A stretch of 64,000 bases of DNA, taken from the NCBI GenBank assembly GCA_030745655.1, contig JASLOE010000003.1:4165-68164 (forward strand). Reading direction: 5' to 3'. Under the pieces are notes generated by a model. That model saw only the letters and a program-made list of their open reading frames with translations. It ran no database searches and was not told where the DNA came from. Shown in pieces: positions 29,886-39,353 of this stretch (position 1 is the stretch's first letter; the number at the start of each line of letters is the position of its first letter). Source of the stretch: Nitrososphaerales archaeon. GTDB lineage: Archaea; Thermoproteota; Nitrososphaeria; Nitrososphaerales; JACPRH01. The translations under genes were made by a program, and so were the position numbers.

Positions 29886-30042
29886 CCATTTTACCAAAAA
29901 AGTGTTACTAGTAGCAAAGTAAAAAATTTAATATGAATATTCAATAAATCGATGTTAAAACATATTTTTTAGCGACGATCAAATTTATGATTAGAAATAA
30001 ATTACATGATTTTAGTCATTTGTTGACTGTAATGAGAAGTAT

Positions 30043-30489
30043 TTATCGCCATTTAAGATTCAAAACCCTATAGACCATCTTCACTAAATTCAAAACAGAC
30101 TTCATAGCTTGCGGAATACGACTGAATTTGACAAGTCCTACTACTTTGACTAACCTCAATATTTTAAAAATTCGAAAATACGGGATAACCATAATAATGG
30201 AAACCCAATGCTTCTTGAAGAAAGATTTTGAGTGACCAAAATAATAGAATTTAATCACAAGATCTATAATGAATATTGGTAATGCGAACAAGGTTATTGT
30301 ATCAGCTAGAAATAATACATTAGAATCAACTATTATGAATCCTAAATCAGATCCCGATAAACTAACCATGAATGCTGAAAGCCAAACAATTGTTATGAGA
30401 TCAACAAAGTGATTCCAATATCTTATAGATTCGTGTCTAAAAGAAGTACCATCCCGAATTGGGATACCTGATTCTATGGCTGAGCCCAA
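30043..30489 (-). CDS. Stand-alone voltage-sensor-like domain protein (ion-transport family S1-S4, no pore)
   Basis: 148 aa. Four hydrophobic segments, the last being RIFKILRLVKVVGLVKFSR with R/K at every third position (S4-like). The ORF stops about 25 aa later, and no pore-encoding frame follows downstream. Confidence 0.6.
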   Translation of the reverse strand: MGSAIESGIPIRDGTSFRHESIRYWNHFVDLITIVWLSAFMVSLSGSDLGFIIVDSNVLFLADTITLFALPIFIIDLVIKFYYFGHSKSFFKKHWVSIIMVIPYFRIFKILRLVKVVGLVKFSRIPQAMKSVLNLVKMVYRVLNLKWR

Positions 30490-30604
30490 GTCTATAATGA
30501 ATGATTATCATCTTCAATGAAAATATGGCATTGTCAAATTCATGGAATATAAAAGTCAAACAGTCTTAATAATCTAAAGTTATTTGAATTTAGAAAAAAT
30601 GCTC

Positions 30605-31879
30605 TTAAAAACTACTTCTTATTCTTTCAACAATATCTTTCTTAGGGATTTTCATCTCTACTCCGCTACTTAAATTTCTTATCGTCACTTTTCCTTCTTT
30701 GTAATCAATAGGCCCAATAATCACAAAGAAAGATGCGGTCTTTGAAGCATATTCAAATTGTTTACGAAGATTCTTTCCTGAAATTTCTAGAATTGTAGGT
30801 ATCTCATTTTTCCTTAATAATGAAGCTATTTCAGTAGCCACACTTACCATCTCTTTACCAACATATCCTACAAATACTTTATTTTTGTTAGTTCTATCCA
30901 CTTTAGAATTAGATAGAGCTAATAACATTCTATCGACACCACCCGCAACTCCAGTTGCACCAATATCTTTTCTACCAAATATTTCTGGTAGAATATCATA
31001 CCGTCCACCACCTGCTAATGCGCCAAGATTTCGTTCCTCAGCAAATACTTCGAACACAATTCCAGTATAGTAATCCAAACCACGCACAATCCCCATGTTC
31101 AAAGTCACCCCATCTACTCCACGTGTCTTCAGAGTATCTATCAAATATTCTAAGTTCGCAGTATTAGATAAACCGTCTTCTTTTAGAGACCTGAGAACAA
31201 ATTCAGGTTCACCCTTCAAACCACCAAATTCCATCATTTTTATTAACGCATCCTTTGTCACTTTTTTAGAACTATATTCCTCAAGAATTTCCTCTTTTGT
31301 TTTTCTTTCAAGTTTGTCAACTGCTCTCAACAAGTTAGAAATATCATCATTTCTCTGAATATTGAGTTTGGAAGACATGAATTCATCGATAATGGTTCGA
31401 TCGCCTATCTCTAATGATAACCCTCTTAATCCCAGTTTATTGCATAGAGTTGAAGTGAAATCTATAATCTCAGCGTCAGAATCTATATTCTTAGCATCAA
31501 ATATTTCAACATTCCATTGATAGAACCATCTATACCTACCGTACTGTGGTTCATCATATCGCCACATACTTGAGAAAGAACCCAATTTAACTGGAAGAGG
31601 AAGTCCTCGATCTGAGGAAACATATCTTGTTAGCCCAATTGTAAGATCAAATCGTAATCCCACATCTCTACCACCCTTATCCTTGAAATGATATACCTCG
31701 TCTCTAACACCTAGTCCACTTTTAGCCTCTAAAGTATGAAGCTTTTCTATTGGAGAAGGCTCCATTAACCTAAAGCCAAATATTTCAGCAACATCAATAA
31801 AGATAGATCTTACTCTCTCGAGTTCCTCGTAATCATCAGGCCCCAAGTCACGTAGTCCACGGGGCAGTGTCAAATCCAT
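30605..31879 (-). CDS. hisS: Histidyl-tRNA synthetase
   Basis: 424 aa. LPRGLRD, class II motifs (FSSMWRYDEPQYGRYRWFYQWNVEIF, GGGRYD) and a C-terminal anticodon-binding domain. Confidence 0.95.
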   Translation of the reverse strand: MDLTLPRGLRDLGPDDYEELERVRSIFIDVAEIFGFRLMEPSPIEKLHTLEAKSGLGVRDEVYHFKDKGGRDVGLRFDLTIGLTRYVSSDRGLPLPVKLGSFSSMWRYDEPQYGRYRWFYQWNVEIFDAKNIDSDAEIIDFTSTLCNKLGLRGLSLEIGDRTIIDEFMSSKLNIQRNDDISNLLRAVDKLERKTKEEILEEYSSKKVTKDALIKMMEFGGLKGEPEFVLRSLKEDGLSNTANLEYLIDTLKTRGVDGVTLNMGIVRGLDYYTGIVFEVFAEERNLGALAGGGRYDILPEIFGRKDIGATGVAGGVDRMLLALSNSKVDRTNKNKVFVGYVGKEMVSVATEIASLLRKNEIPTILEISGKNLRKQFEYASKTASFFVIIGPIDYKEGKVTIRNLSSGVEMKIPKKDIVERIRSSF

Positions 31880-31891
31880 GGATGAAGATAC

Positions 31892-32911
31892 CTACCTGTT
31901 ATCCTGAGCTGATTCTTGGTCTATTCTCCCCAATTCAGCAAGTAAAGCAGATAGTTGTATTTCGGGATTGGCACCTACAATTATTCTATAGTCATACTTT
32001 GCTATAACTTCTGCAATATTTCCTTGATTTAATAATCCTTGTCTAGAAAGATATTCATTTGTATATTTTAGAAAGTCTTTTTCAGTCATACCATATACAC
32101 GAATAAGCTCAATTAATAACGTCCAAGCATCATTAAACTTCCCTTCCAATGCCAAGGTAATAACATCTTTCACTTTTCCTTTACCAGATATTCCCGCAGT
32201 CTTCTGAACATTATTTTCGTTGACAATTCCTAAAGCAGCTGCTGATTCTAGAATATTAATCGCATGCCTAAGATCTCCTGTTGTTACTTTATATATTGAA
32301 GATAATGCATCTTTTTCGAATTTAACACCTTCTTTCTTGGATATTTCTATTAGATAGTTAACAACATCTTCTTCACCAAGTCTTGTGAATCTAAATATTG
32401 CACATCTGCTTTGGATGGGTTCTATTATCCTAGAAGAATAATTCCCAATCAGTATAAATCGAGTACCTTTTGAATACGTCTCCATAATTCTTCTTAAAGC
32501 AGTCTGAGCGTCGTTTGTCATCTCATCGGCCTCATCCAATATAATTATTCTGAAAGGAATATCTTGGCTTCTATCTGTATATCTAGCAAAAGTTTTTACC
32601 CTATCTCGAATAGTGTTAATACCTCGCTCATCTGAAGCGTTTAATTCTAGTGTGAAATTTTGCCAGTGATCTTTCATAATGTATTTTGCAATACTTAGAG
32701 CGGTTGTTGTTTTACCAGTTCCAGGCGGTCCTGCAAAAAGTAGATGTGGCATATTTCCTGGCGATTTAAGTAAAGACTTAAGGCGCTCAACAGATACTTT
32801 CTGATTCACAATATCTTCGATTTTTAAAGGTCTGTATTTCTCAGTCCACATTATAGATTCGTGTATATCTCCTTTTGACATAACCTGCACCTTATTCAGG
32901 GTTATCCACAT
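31892..32911 (-). CDS. rfcS: Replication factor C small subunit
   Basis: WTEKYRP, GPPGTGKTT, ILDEADEMT and SRCAIFRF motifs. The likely start is ATG at 32881 (MSKGD). No intein, judged by length. Confidence 0.95.
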   Translation of the reverse strand: MWITLNKVQVMSKGDIHESIMWTEKYRPLKIEDIVNQKVSVERLKSLLKSPGNMPHLLFAGPPGTGKTTTALSIAKYIMKDHWQNFTLELNASDERGINTIRDRVKTFARYTDRSQDIPFRIIILDEADEMTNDAQTALRRIMETYSKGTRFILIGNYSSRIIEPIQSRCAIFRFTRLGEEDVVNYLIEISKKEGVKFEKDALSSIYKVTTGDLRHAINILESAAALGIVNENNVQKTAGISGKGKVKDVITLALEGKFNDAWTLLIELIRVYGMTEKDFLKYTNEYLSRQGLLNQGNIAEVIAKYDYRIIVGANPEIQLSALLAELGRIDQESAQDNR

Positions 32912-33090
32912 TCCTTATTATATTTAAAGCCATTAGAAAAAATGTTGGAAATAATAGGTAAAAGAAGGTGAATATCTTCAAATCCCAATTATTTATTTAC
33001 AGTGTAAAACAAGTTTGATAAAGAGTACATAATCAAATGATTTAACAACATTAAAAAAGAAACAACAACAAAAACTTGTAGGAAAAGATT

Positions 33091-33660
33091 ATGGTACAGC
33101 AACGAAGAATTAGCATATCCACATTTATTCAGGATCGAGAAATGGAATATTTACTTCGCCCTGTAAAGTTAATTGTGAAACATAATCTACCTAAGATAAC
33201 AATGAATTCTTTCGAAATTGAGGAGTCTAAGGAAAGAGATCTTATAGAGCTTCCAAGATGGGCTGCTGAAGAAATTGCGAAACTTGGATTTGTAGAAATT
33301 CAAGAAGAAAGCTTTGAAGTAGAAATGCTTAAGGCTTTAAGCAGAGAACGAATTCAGAGTTCTAACCAGATTTCTACATTAACTGATGATTTCTATCTAA
33401 AATTAAAGCGGCATCTTAGACGTCTAAAGAATGATACTAAAACCAAGAAGAGCTCAAAAAATGATTATGATGAATCATATATTAAAGCAATGGATCTTCT
33501 TAAGATCAGAACTGCAAAATTACTTCCACTAACTGTAGGAGAAGACAATCAGGAAATAATGCAAAAAATAACCTCAGAAGAACAAACTCTTTTCAACGAG
33601 GTGAGGAATACAGTACAAAAATGGAAGCAAAAAATATTAGAGGAAAATATAGATGAGTAA
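33091..33660 (+). CDS. Probable GINS subunit (Gins23/Gins51-like)
   Basis: 189 aa. ELPRWAAEEIAKLGFVEI and DDFYLKLKRHL resemble GINS motifs. The stop overlaps the mcm ATG by 8 nt, as in the Sulfolobus gins23-mcm operon. Confidence 0.5.
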   Translation: MVQQRRISISTFIQDREMEYLLRPVKLIVKHNLPKITMNSFEIEESKERDLIELPRWAAEEIAKLGFVEIQEESFEVEMLKALSRERIQSSNQISTLTDDFYLKLKRHLRRLKNDTKTKKSSKNDYDESYIKAMDLLKIRTAKLLPLTVGEDNQEIMQKITSEEQTLFNEVRNTVQKWKQKILEENIDE

Positions 33661-35698
33661 TATCACTGCATCCAAGCTAGGCGAGGAATTAGAGAAATTT
33701 CTTAAGAGCTTTAAGAACAAGTCTGGGAAAAAAATTTACAAAACTCGAATTTCCCAAATAGTATCATCTGGAAGTATATCGCTTATTGTGGACTTTAATG
33801 ATTTGTTGATGCATGATATTGACAAGGCCAATATGCTCATAACTGACCCGGATACAGGGCTTGAGAGATTCAAAAAAGCAGCCTACGAAAGTCTTAGAAT
33901 TGAAAATTCATCTTATGCCGAGGAAATAAGAAAAGATCTAACCGTTAGAATAAGAAACCTAGTAGATAAGGTACCTATACGAAAAGTGGGAACAGCACAT
34001 CTGGATAAGCTGATAGAAATAACAGGAATAGTAGTTAGATCATCAGATATTATGCCACTGGCAGTTGAAGCAGCATACAAATGTATCAGCTGTGGTGACA
34101 CAAACCGAATTGAGCAAGATAAAATGATTCTTCGACGTCCAAGAAGTTGTGAAAAATGTGAATCAGGTAGAGATTTTGAGCTGATAGAAAAGGAATCAGT
34201 TTTCATAGATTATCAAGTAATAAGAATGCAAGAACTGCCTGAAGAACTTCCAGCAGGTCAACTTCCACAATCCTATGATGTGTCATTAGTTAGAGATCTT
34301 GTAAATATTACTCGTCCTGGAGATAGATTAACACTTACTGGGATAGTTAGAGCTGAACCTGAGTATTCCCAAGGGCGAGGAAAACTAAGAGTTTTTAAAT
34401 CCGTTATTGAGGGAAATTATCTTGAAGTAATGGGTAAAGAACCCGAAACAATACATCTCTCAAAAGAGGATGAAGAATTAATTAAGACTATTTCTAATGA
34501 AACGAATGTTTACGAACGCTTAATTGAATCTATTGCACCGGCAATTCATGGTCATGAAACACATAAAGAAGCTATATTGCTTATGATGACAGGTGCGCCA
34601 AGGCAACAGTTACAGGACGGAACAGCTATTCGGGGAGATATAAATGTCCTATTAGTAGGAGATCCTGGAACAGCAAAATCTGAACTATTAAAATTTGCTT
34701 CACATCTGGCTCCAAGGGGATTATACACTTCAGGAAGAGGATCAACTGCTGCAGGGTTAACGGCAGCTGTAGTTCGCGAGAAAAATGGTATGATGATGCT
34801 TGAGGCAGGAGCGGTTGTTCTAGCTGATTTAGGAATTGCGAGTATTGATGAATTTGACAAAATGCGAACTGAAGATAGATCGGCTCTTCATGAATGTATG
34901 GAACAACAGACTGTTAGTGTCGCAAAGGGAGGTATTGTAGCTACTTTGAATGCTAGAACTTCAATACTTGCTGCAGCCAACCCAGCTCTTGGAAAATATG
35001 ATGACTACAGAAATATTACTGAAAATGTAAATTTACCAACCCCACTTCTTACACGATTTGATCTGATTTTTATTCTCAAAGATAAAGCAGATAGGACCCG
35101 TGATGAAGAATTAGCTAGGCATGTTTTAGAAATTCACAGAACAGGAGAATATGCAAAATCCCCGCCAATTGAATATGAAATTATCCGCAAGTATCTTGCA
35201 TATACACGGAATTTAAAACCAAAACTTACTCCGGAAGCAGAAGATAAGATCATGGAATACTATCTAAAAATGAGAGGAATGAGTGATGAAAATATGATCA
35301 CAGTAACTCCAAGACAACTAGAGGGTCTTATTCGTATAGCTACAGCAAGAGCTAGAATAATGCTTCATGAGAAAGTAACTGAAGATGATGCCATTAGGGC
35401 AGTTTCTCTGATTAGGCGAATGTACGAAACTGTTGGAGTTGATGTGAAGACAGGTCAAGTGGATCTAGGTGTTCTGCATGGAAAACCTCTTAGTGAACGA
35501 AATCTCCTAGAACTTGCTTTGGATATCTTTAAGAATTTGGAAGGTCCTGATAAGAAGCCTGTTGATGAAAATAGATTCATAGAAGAATTGACAGCCACGG
35601 GAAAGATGAATAACGATGAAGCAAAGAAGATGCTTCAAATGATGAATCAAAGTGGTGCAATATATGAAGTTAAGCCTGGTTCATATAGAAAAATTTAA
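33653..35698 (+). CDS. mcm: MCM replicative helicase
   Basis: 681 aa. Zn motif CISCG...CEKC, Walker A GDPGTAKS, Walker B IDEFDKM, arginine finger SRFDLIF and a C-terminal wHTH. No intein. Confidence 0.95.
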   Translation: MSNITASKLGEELEKFLKSFKNKSGKKIYKTRISQIVSSGSISLIVDFNDLLMHDIDKANMLITDPDTGLERFKKAAYESLRIENSSYAEEIRKDLTVRIRNLVDKVPIRKVGTAHLDKLIEITGIVVRSSDIMPLAVEAAYKCISCGDTNRIEQDKMILRRPRSCEKCESGRDFELIEKESVFIDYQVIRMQELPEELPAGQLPQSYDVSLVRDLVNITRPGDRLTLTGIVRAEPEYSQGRGKLRVFKSVIEGNYLEVMGKEPETIHLSKEDEELIKTISNETNVYERLIESIAPAIHGHETHKEAILLMMTGAPRQQLQDGTAIRGDINVLLVGDPGTAKSELLKFASHLAPRGLYTSGRGSTAAGLTAAVVREKNGMMMLEAGAVVLADLGIASIDEFDKMRTEDRSALHECMEQQTVSVAKGGIVATLNARTSILAAANPALGKYDDYRNITENVNLPTPLLTRFDLIFILKDKADRTRDEELARHVLEIHRTGEYAKSPPIEYEIIRKYLAYTRNLKPKLTPEAEDKIMEYYLKMRGMSDENMITVTPRQLEGLIRIATARARIMLHEKVTEDDAIRAVSLIRRMYETVGVDVKTGQVDLGVLHGKPLSERNLLELALDIFKNLEGPDKKPVDENRFIEELTATGKMNNDEAKKMLQMMNQSGAIYEVKPGSYRKI

Positions 35699-35751
35699 CT
35701 AAAGATTAGTAGAATACTCATTATAAGTTAATGCAGGTGGTGTAATAAGAA

Positions 35752-37914
35752 GTGAAGATATCAACTCTTCCGATACCTAGAAATTTATCTGAAATGCTTC
35801 TCAAGCAAGGATACAGTGATCTCTATCCTACGCAAGAAGAAGCAGTGAAAGCCAATGTACTAAATGGAGAAAATATGTTATTAACTACTCCTACAGCAAG
35901 TGGAAAAACCTTAATCGCTATTCTTACTGCAGGAAAAACTATTCTTGAAAAAGAAGGGAAAATTGTTTATCTTAGTCCACTTAGAGCTTTAGCTAAAGAA
36001 AAGTATGAAGAATTCAAGGTATTTGAGTCTATTAAAAAGTTGAATGGAACCAATATTCGAGTTGTATTATCATCTGGTGATTATGATTCATCAAATAAAT
36101 TTCTGGAAAAAGGGGATATAATTATTTTAACTAATGAAAAATTTGACTCTTTATTACGTCATGGTATTCCTTGGATTGATGATGTAAAGCTTTTCATTGC
36201 AGATGAAGTCCACCTTGTTGGAGATCCCTATAGAGGCCCAACTATTGAGACTATTCTCACCAAGATTCTCAGTTTAGCCCCTGAAGCCCAAATACTTGCT
36301 TTAAGTGCTACAATAAGAAATGCAAAGGAGCTAGCTGATTGGCTTAGAGCTGTACTGGTGGATACACAATGGCGCCCCGTGAAATTAATTGAAGGGGTTT
36401 ATTTGTATGGAGAAATATTTTATTCAGACGATACAATTAAAAAGATAATTTCTACCAATAGAGGAATTCCAATCGATATAGCTGCAGATACAGTGAAGGA
36501 CGGCGGACAATCACTCATATTCACTGAGACTAGAAGAAGATCTGTTAGTTTAGCCCTTAAATCAGCTGAAGTAGTTCCTAAGTATCTAACAAAAGCTGAT
36601 ATGAAAAAAGCAAGTAATATGGCAAGAAAAATATTATCAACAGGTGAGGAGACCGAGTTGAGCAAAAAACTATCCCGCGCAGTTGAACATGGTGCCGCTT
36701 TTCATCATGCAGGGTTAAATCCAAAGCATAGACAACTGATTGAGGAAGGATTCAAAAGTGGTACATTAAAAATTTTAACGTCCACACCTACTTTAGCTGC
36801 AGGTGTTAATCTTCCTGCAAGAAGAGTGGTCTTAAGCAGTCTCTTTAGATACAATTCGGATCTTGGAGGCCAGACACATATTTCTGTTCTAGATTATAAG
36901 CAGATGTGTGGCAGGGCAGGTAGACCCAAGTTTGATACTGTAGGTGAAACCGTTTTACCATCACTGACTGAGGAAGAAGCTGATGATATTTATACACGAT
37001 ACGTCAAAGGGGAACCAGAACCAATACACTCTCAATTGGCAAGAAAGGGGGTACTTCGTACACATATCTTAGCTGCAATATCTACACTTCCTGGAATGAC
37101 AGATTCTGAGATGGATATGCTATTTTTTAAGACACTTTTTGCCAACCAAAATAGTAGTGATACAGTAAAAAGAAAGATGAATGACGCCATCGATTTCTTG
37201 ATATCAGAAAATCTCATTAAAATGAGAGGTAAACGTTTCTTAGCTACTGAATTCGGAAAGAGAATATCAATGTTATATATTGACCCAGCAACTGGAATAG
37301 AGTTCAGACAGGCCATTAGGTATTCGGAAAGAAGTTCTTCTCAAATAACAGGAATACTACACCTAATTGTGACGGTTCCTGATTTCACTCCCAGACTTTT
37401 TATGAGGAAAGTAGATTTGGAGAATGCCAATCTTTTCATTGAAGATCATAAATCAGAATTTCTCATTCCTATTCCTGAGGAATCGGACTTTAAATCTCAT
37501 GATGAATTCTTACAACAGTTTCGGGCACTAATGGCATTGTCTTATTGGATAGATGAAGCATCTGAAGAGAGTATATTGAAGCAGTTTGGCTTTGAGCCAG
37601 GAGATCTCCATAGAGCAGTTGAGAATGTTGATTGGCTTTTATATGCTCTTGCTGAAGTTTGCAAGATTATTGATAGAACAAATTATCTAACAGAAATAGA
37701 TTTGCTTCGAAGACGAATAAAATATGGTGTAAGATCTGAATTATTATCTTTAACAACTCTTGAAGGGATAGGTCGAGTAAGAGCGCGATCACTCTTCAAC
37801 GCTGGGTTGAGAAACCTAGCTAAGTTGAGGGTGGCGTCTTATAATCAGATTGCATCTGTGGAAAAAATAGGGCCAGGTGTTGCTCGAAAAATTAAATCGC
37901 AAATAAGTGATTGA
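35752..37914 (+). CDS. hel308: Ski2-like DNA helicase Hel308/Hjm
   Basis: 720 aa. PTASGKT, DEVH, SAT, HHAGL, GVNLPARRV and QMCGRAGRP motifs, with a C-terminal HhH domain. GTG start. Confidence 0.9.
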   Translation: MKISTLPIPRNLSEMLLKQGYSDLYPTQEEAVKANVLNGENMLLTTPTASGKTLIAILTAGKTILEKEGKIVYLSPLRALAKEKYEEFKVFESIKKLNGTNIRVVLSSGDYDSSNKFLEKGDIIILTNEKFDSLLRHGIPWIDDVKLFIADEVHLVGDPYRGPTIETILTKILSLAPEAQILALSATIRNAKELADWLRAVLVDTQWRPVKLIEGVYLYGEIFYSDDTIKKIISTNRGIPIDIAADTVKDGGQSLIFTETRRRSVSLALKSAEVVPKYLTKADMKKASNMARKILSTGEETELSKKLSRAVEHGAAFHHAGLNPKHRQLIEEGFKSGTLKILTSTPTLAAGVNLPARRVVLSSLFRYNSDLGGQTHISVLDYKQMCGRAGRPKFDTVGETVLPSLTEEEADDIYTRYVKGEPEPIHSQLARKGVLRTHILAAISTLPGMTDSEMDMLFFKTLFANQNSSDTVKRKMNDAIDFLISENLIKMRGKRFLATEFGKRISMLYIDPATGIEFRQAIRYSERSSSQITGILHLIVTVPDFTPRLFMRKVDLENANLFIEDHKSEFLIPIPEESDFKSHDEFLQQFRALMALSYWIDEASEESILKQFGFEPGDLHRAVENVDWLLYALAEVCKIIDRTNYLTEIDLLRRRIKYGVRSELLSLTTLEGIGRVRARSLFNAGLRNLAKLRVASYNQIASVEKIGPGVARKIKSQISD

Positions 37915-37938
37915 AGTATAAAGTGATTGAAGTATAAA
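37905..37938. repeat. Perfect tandem duplication of 16 nt (AAGTGATTGAAGTATA x2.1)
   Basis: Copies at 37905-37920 and 37921-37936. The first copy contains the hel308 TGA stop. Confidence 0.9.
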
Positions 37939-39275
37939 TGGTGTTGATTAATGGCTTTGCAATTTTCTTAGGAAGAAAGAATACCTACACATATCTCACA
38001 AATGCTCTTCAAGAGATGAGTCACCGTGCTTGGGCGGGCTACCTTATTGAAGGAAAAAAATCAATCATAGCAAAAAACTCCCAAGAATTACATCAACAAT
38101 CGTTATCAACCAAATCGATATCAGGGTACTGTCTGGCAACTGATTATGATGAAGAAGATACTCTGATTCATGGAACTATTTACGGAAGTAAGGGAACTCA
38201 TATCACATCGAGAATAAAACAGATAAGTCAGGAGCCAGCTAAGCTTGCAGAATATCTAAGAAATGTCGATGGAGAATACACTTTTTCTTATCTAGATAAA
38301 GATAAAATTGTTTTTGGACGTGATCCTCTTGGTGTAAAGCCTCTTTTCATAGGAAGGCGAGAAGGATTTTTAGGGGTTGCCACTGATTCCTATGCTCTTA
38401 GATCCGTGGGGATGGATACGGAAGCTGTTTCTCCAGGTTTCGTTTACTCTGCAGATTTAGCGGGTTTAGATAAATTTATGATAAAGAGTATTGAAGAAGG
38501 AAGAGATTGGAATTCAGACACTAATGAGGGTGCTGAGAATGTGCTTCGGCTTCTTAATAAATCCATTAAAACAAGAATTAAGGGTAGGAATATTGCGGTA
38601 GGATTTTCAGGTGGATTAGACAGCTCTTTGTTGGCGCATTTAGCAAGCAAGGTAAGTAATATTAGATTGATATCTGTATTTACACCTGGTTCTATCGATG
38701 AGCGTGAGTCTAAAGCTTCAGCAGCAAGTCTTGGTTTGGATTTGATTGAATTATGCTTAAGTAAAGAGAGGATAAAACAGGTAGTAACAAGTATTTTCAC
38801 ACATATTGAGAGAAGAAGTCCGATGGATTTATCTATTGGAGTAGTTGTTAATGAAGTAGCATTAGCTGCCCAGAAAGAAGGATGCAATGCAGTTATTTTG
38901 GGTCAGCTTGCAGATGAACTTTTTGGAGGGTATATGAAGTATTTAAGAGCATATGAGCAGAAAGGGTATGAAGAATCACAATTCATGATGATGCACGACA
39001 TAAAAACAGCGTATAAAGCTAATTTTCAAAGGGATGAAGCAGCTGCTTCATTCTTCACAGAATTATTATTACCATATACCTCATTTGACCTTGTTAATTA
39101 TGCAATAACATTACACCCCAGTCTTAAAATGAATATTGAAAAAAACAGTAGAAAGATTATTCTTAGAGAAGCAGCATTAAGGGCTGGATTACCTGAAAAT
39201 ATTGTTTTCAAACCAAAAAAAGCAATGCAATATAGCTCTAAAATTCAAAAATACATCGAAAAAATGCGGCTTTAG
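37938..39275 (+). CDS. Asparagine synthetase family PP-loop ATP pyrophosphatase lacking the N-terminal Cys nucleophile
   Basis: 445 aa. PP-loop VGFSGGLDSS in the C-terminal half. The N-terminal half is Ntn-amidotransferase-like (RDPLGVKPLF) but begins MVLING rather than MCG. Confidence 0.75.
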   Translation: MVLINGFAIFLGRKNTYTYLTNALQEMSHRAWAGYLIEGKKSIIAKNSQELHQQSLSTKSISGYCLATDYDEEDTLIHGTIYGSKGTHITSRIKQISQEPAKLAEYLRNVDGEYTFSYLDKDKIVFGRDPLGVKPLFIGRREGFLGVATDSYALRSVGMDTEAVSPGFVYSADLAGLDKFMIKSIEEGRDWNSDTNEGAENVLRLLNKSIKTRIKGRNIAVGFSGGLDSSLLAHLASKVSNIRLISVFTPGSIDERESKASAASLGLDLIELCLSKERIKQVVTSIFTHIERRSPMDLSIGVVVNEVALAAQKEGCNAVILGQLADELFGGYMKYLRAYEQKGYEESQFMMMHDIKTAYKANFQRDEAAASFFTELLLPYTSFDLVNYAITLHPSLKMNIEKNSRKIILREAALRAGLPENIVFKPKKAMQYSSKIQKYIEKMRL

Positions 39276-39353
39276 ATTCTGTAAGGATAATAATCATTTA
39301 TATCCCCCTAAGAATCGAGTTAATTTGAAGGAAAAAATCTAAAGAGGATCTTC

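Noticed and set aside
32912-33090. Replication origin in the divergent rfcS / GINS-mcm spacer
   Set aside because: I found no repeated ORB or mini-ORB-like elements or obvious duplex-unwinding arrangement beyond general AT-richness, and no orc1/cdc6 gene is adjacent.
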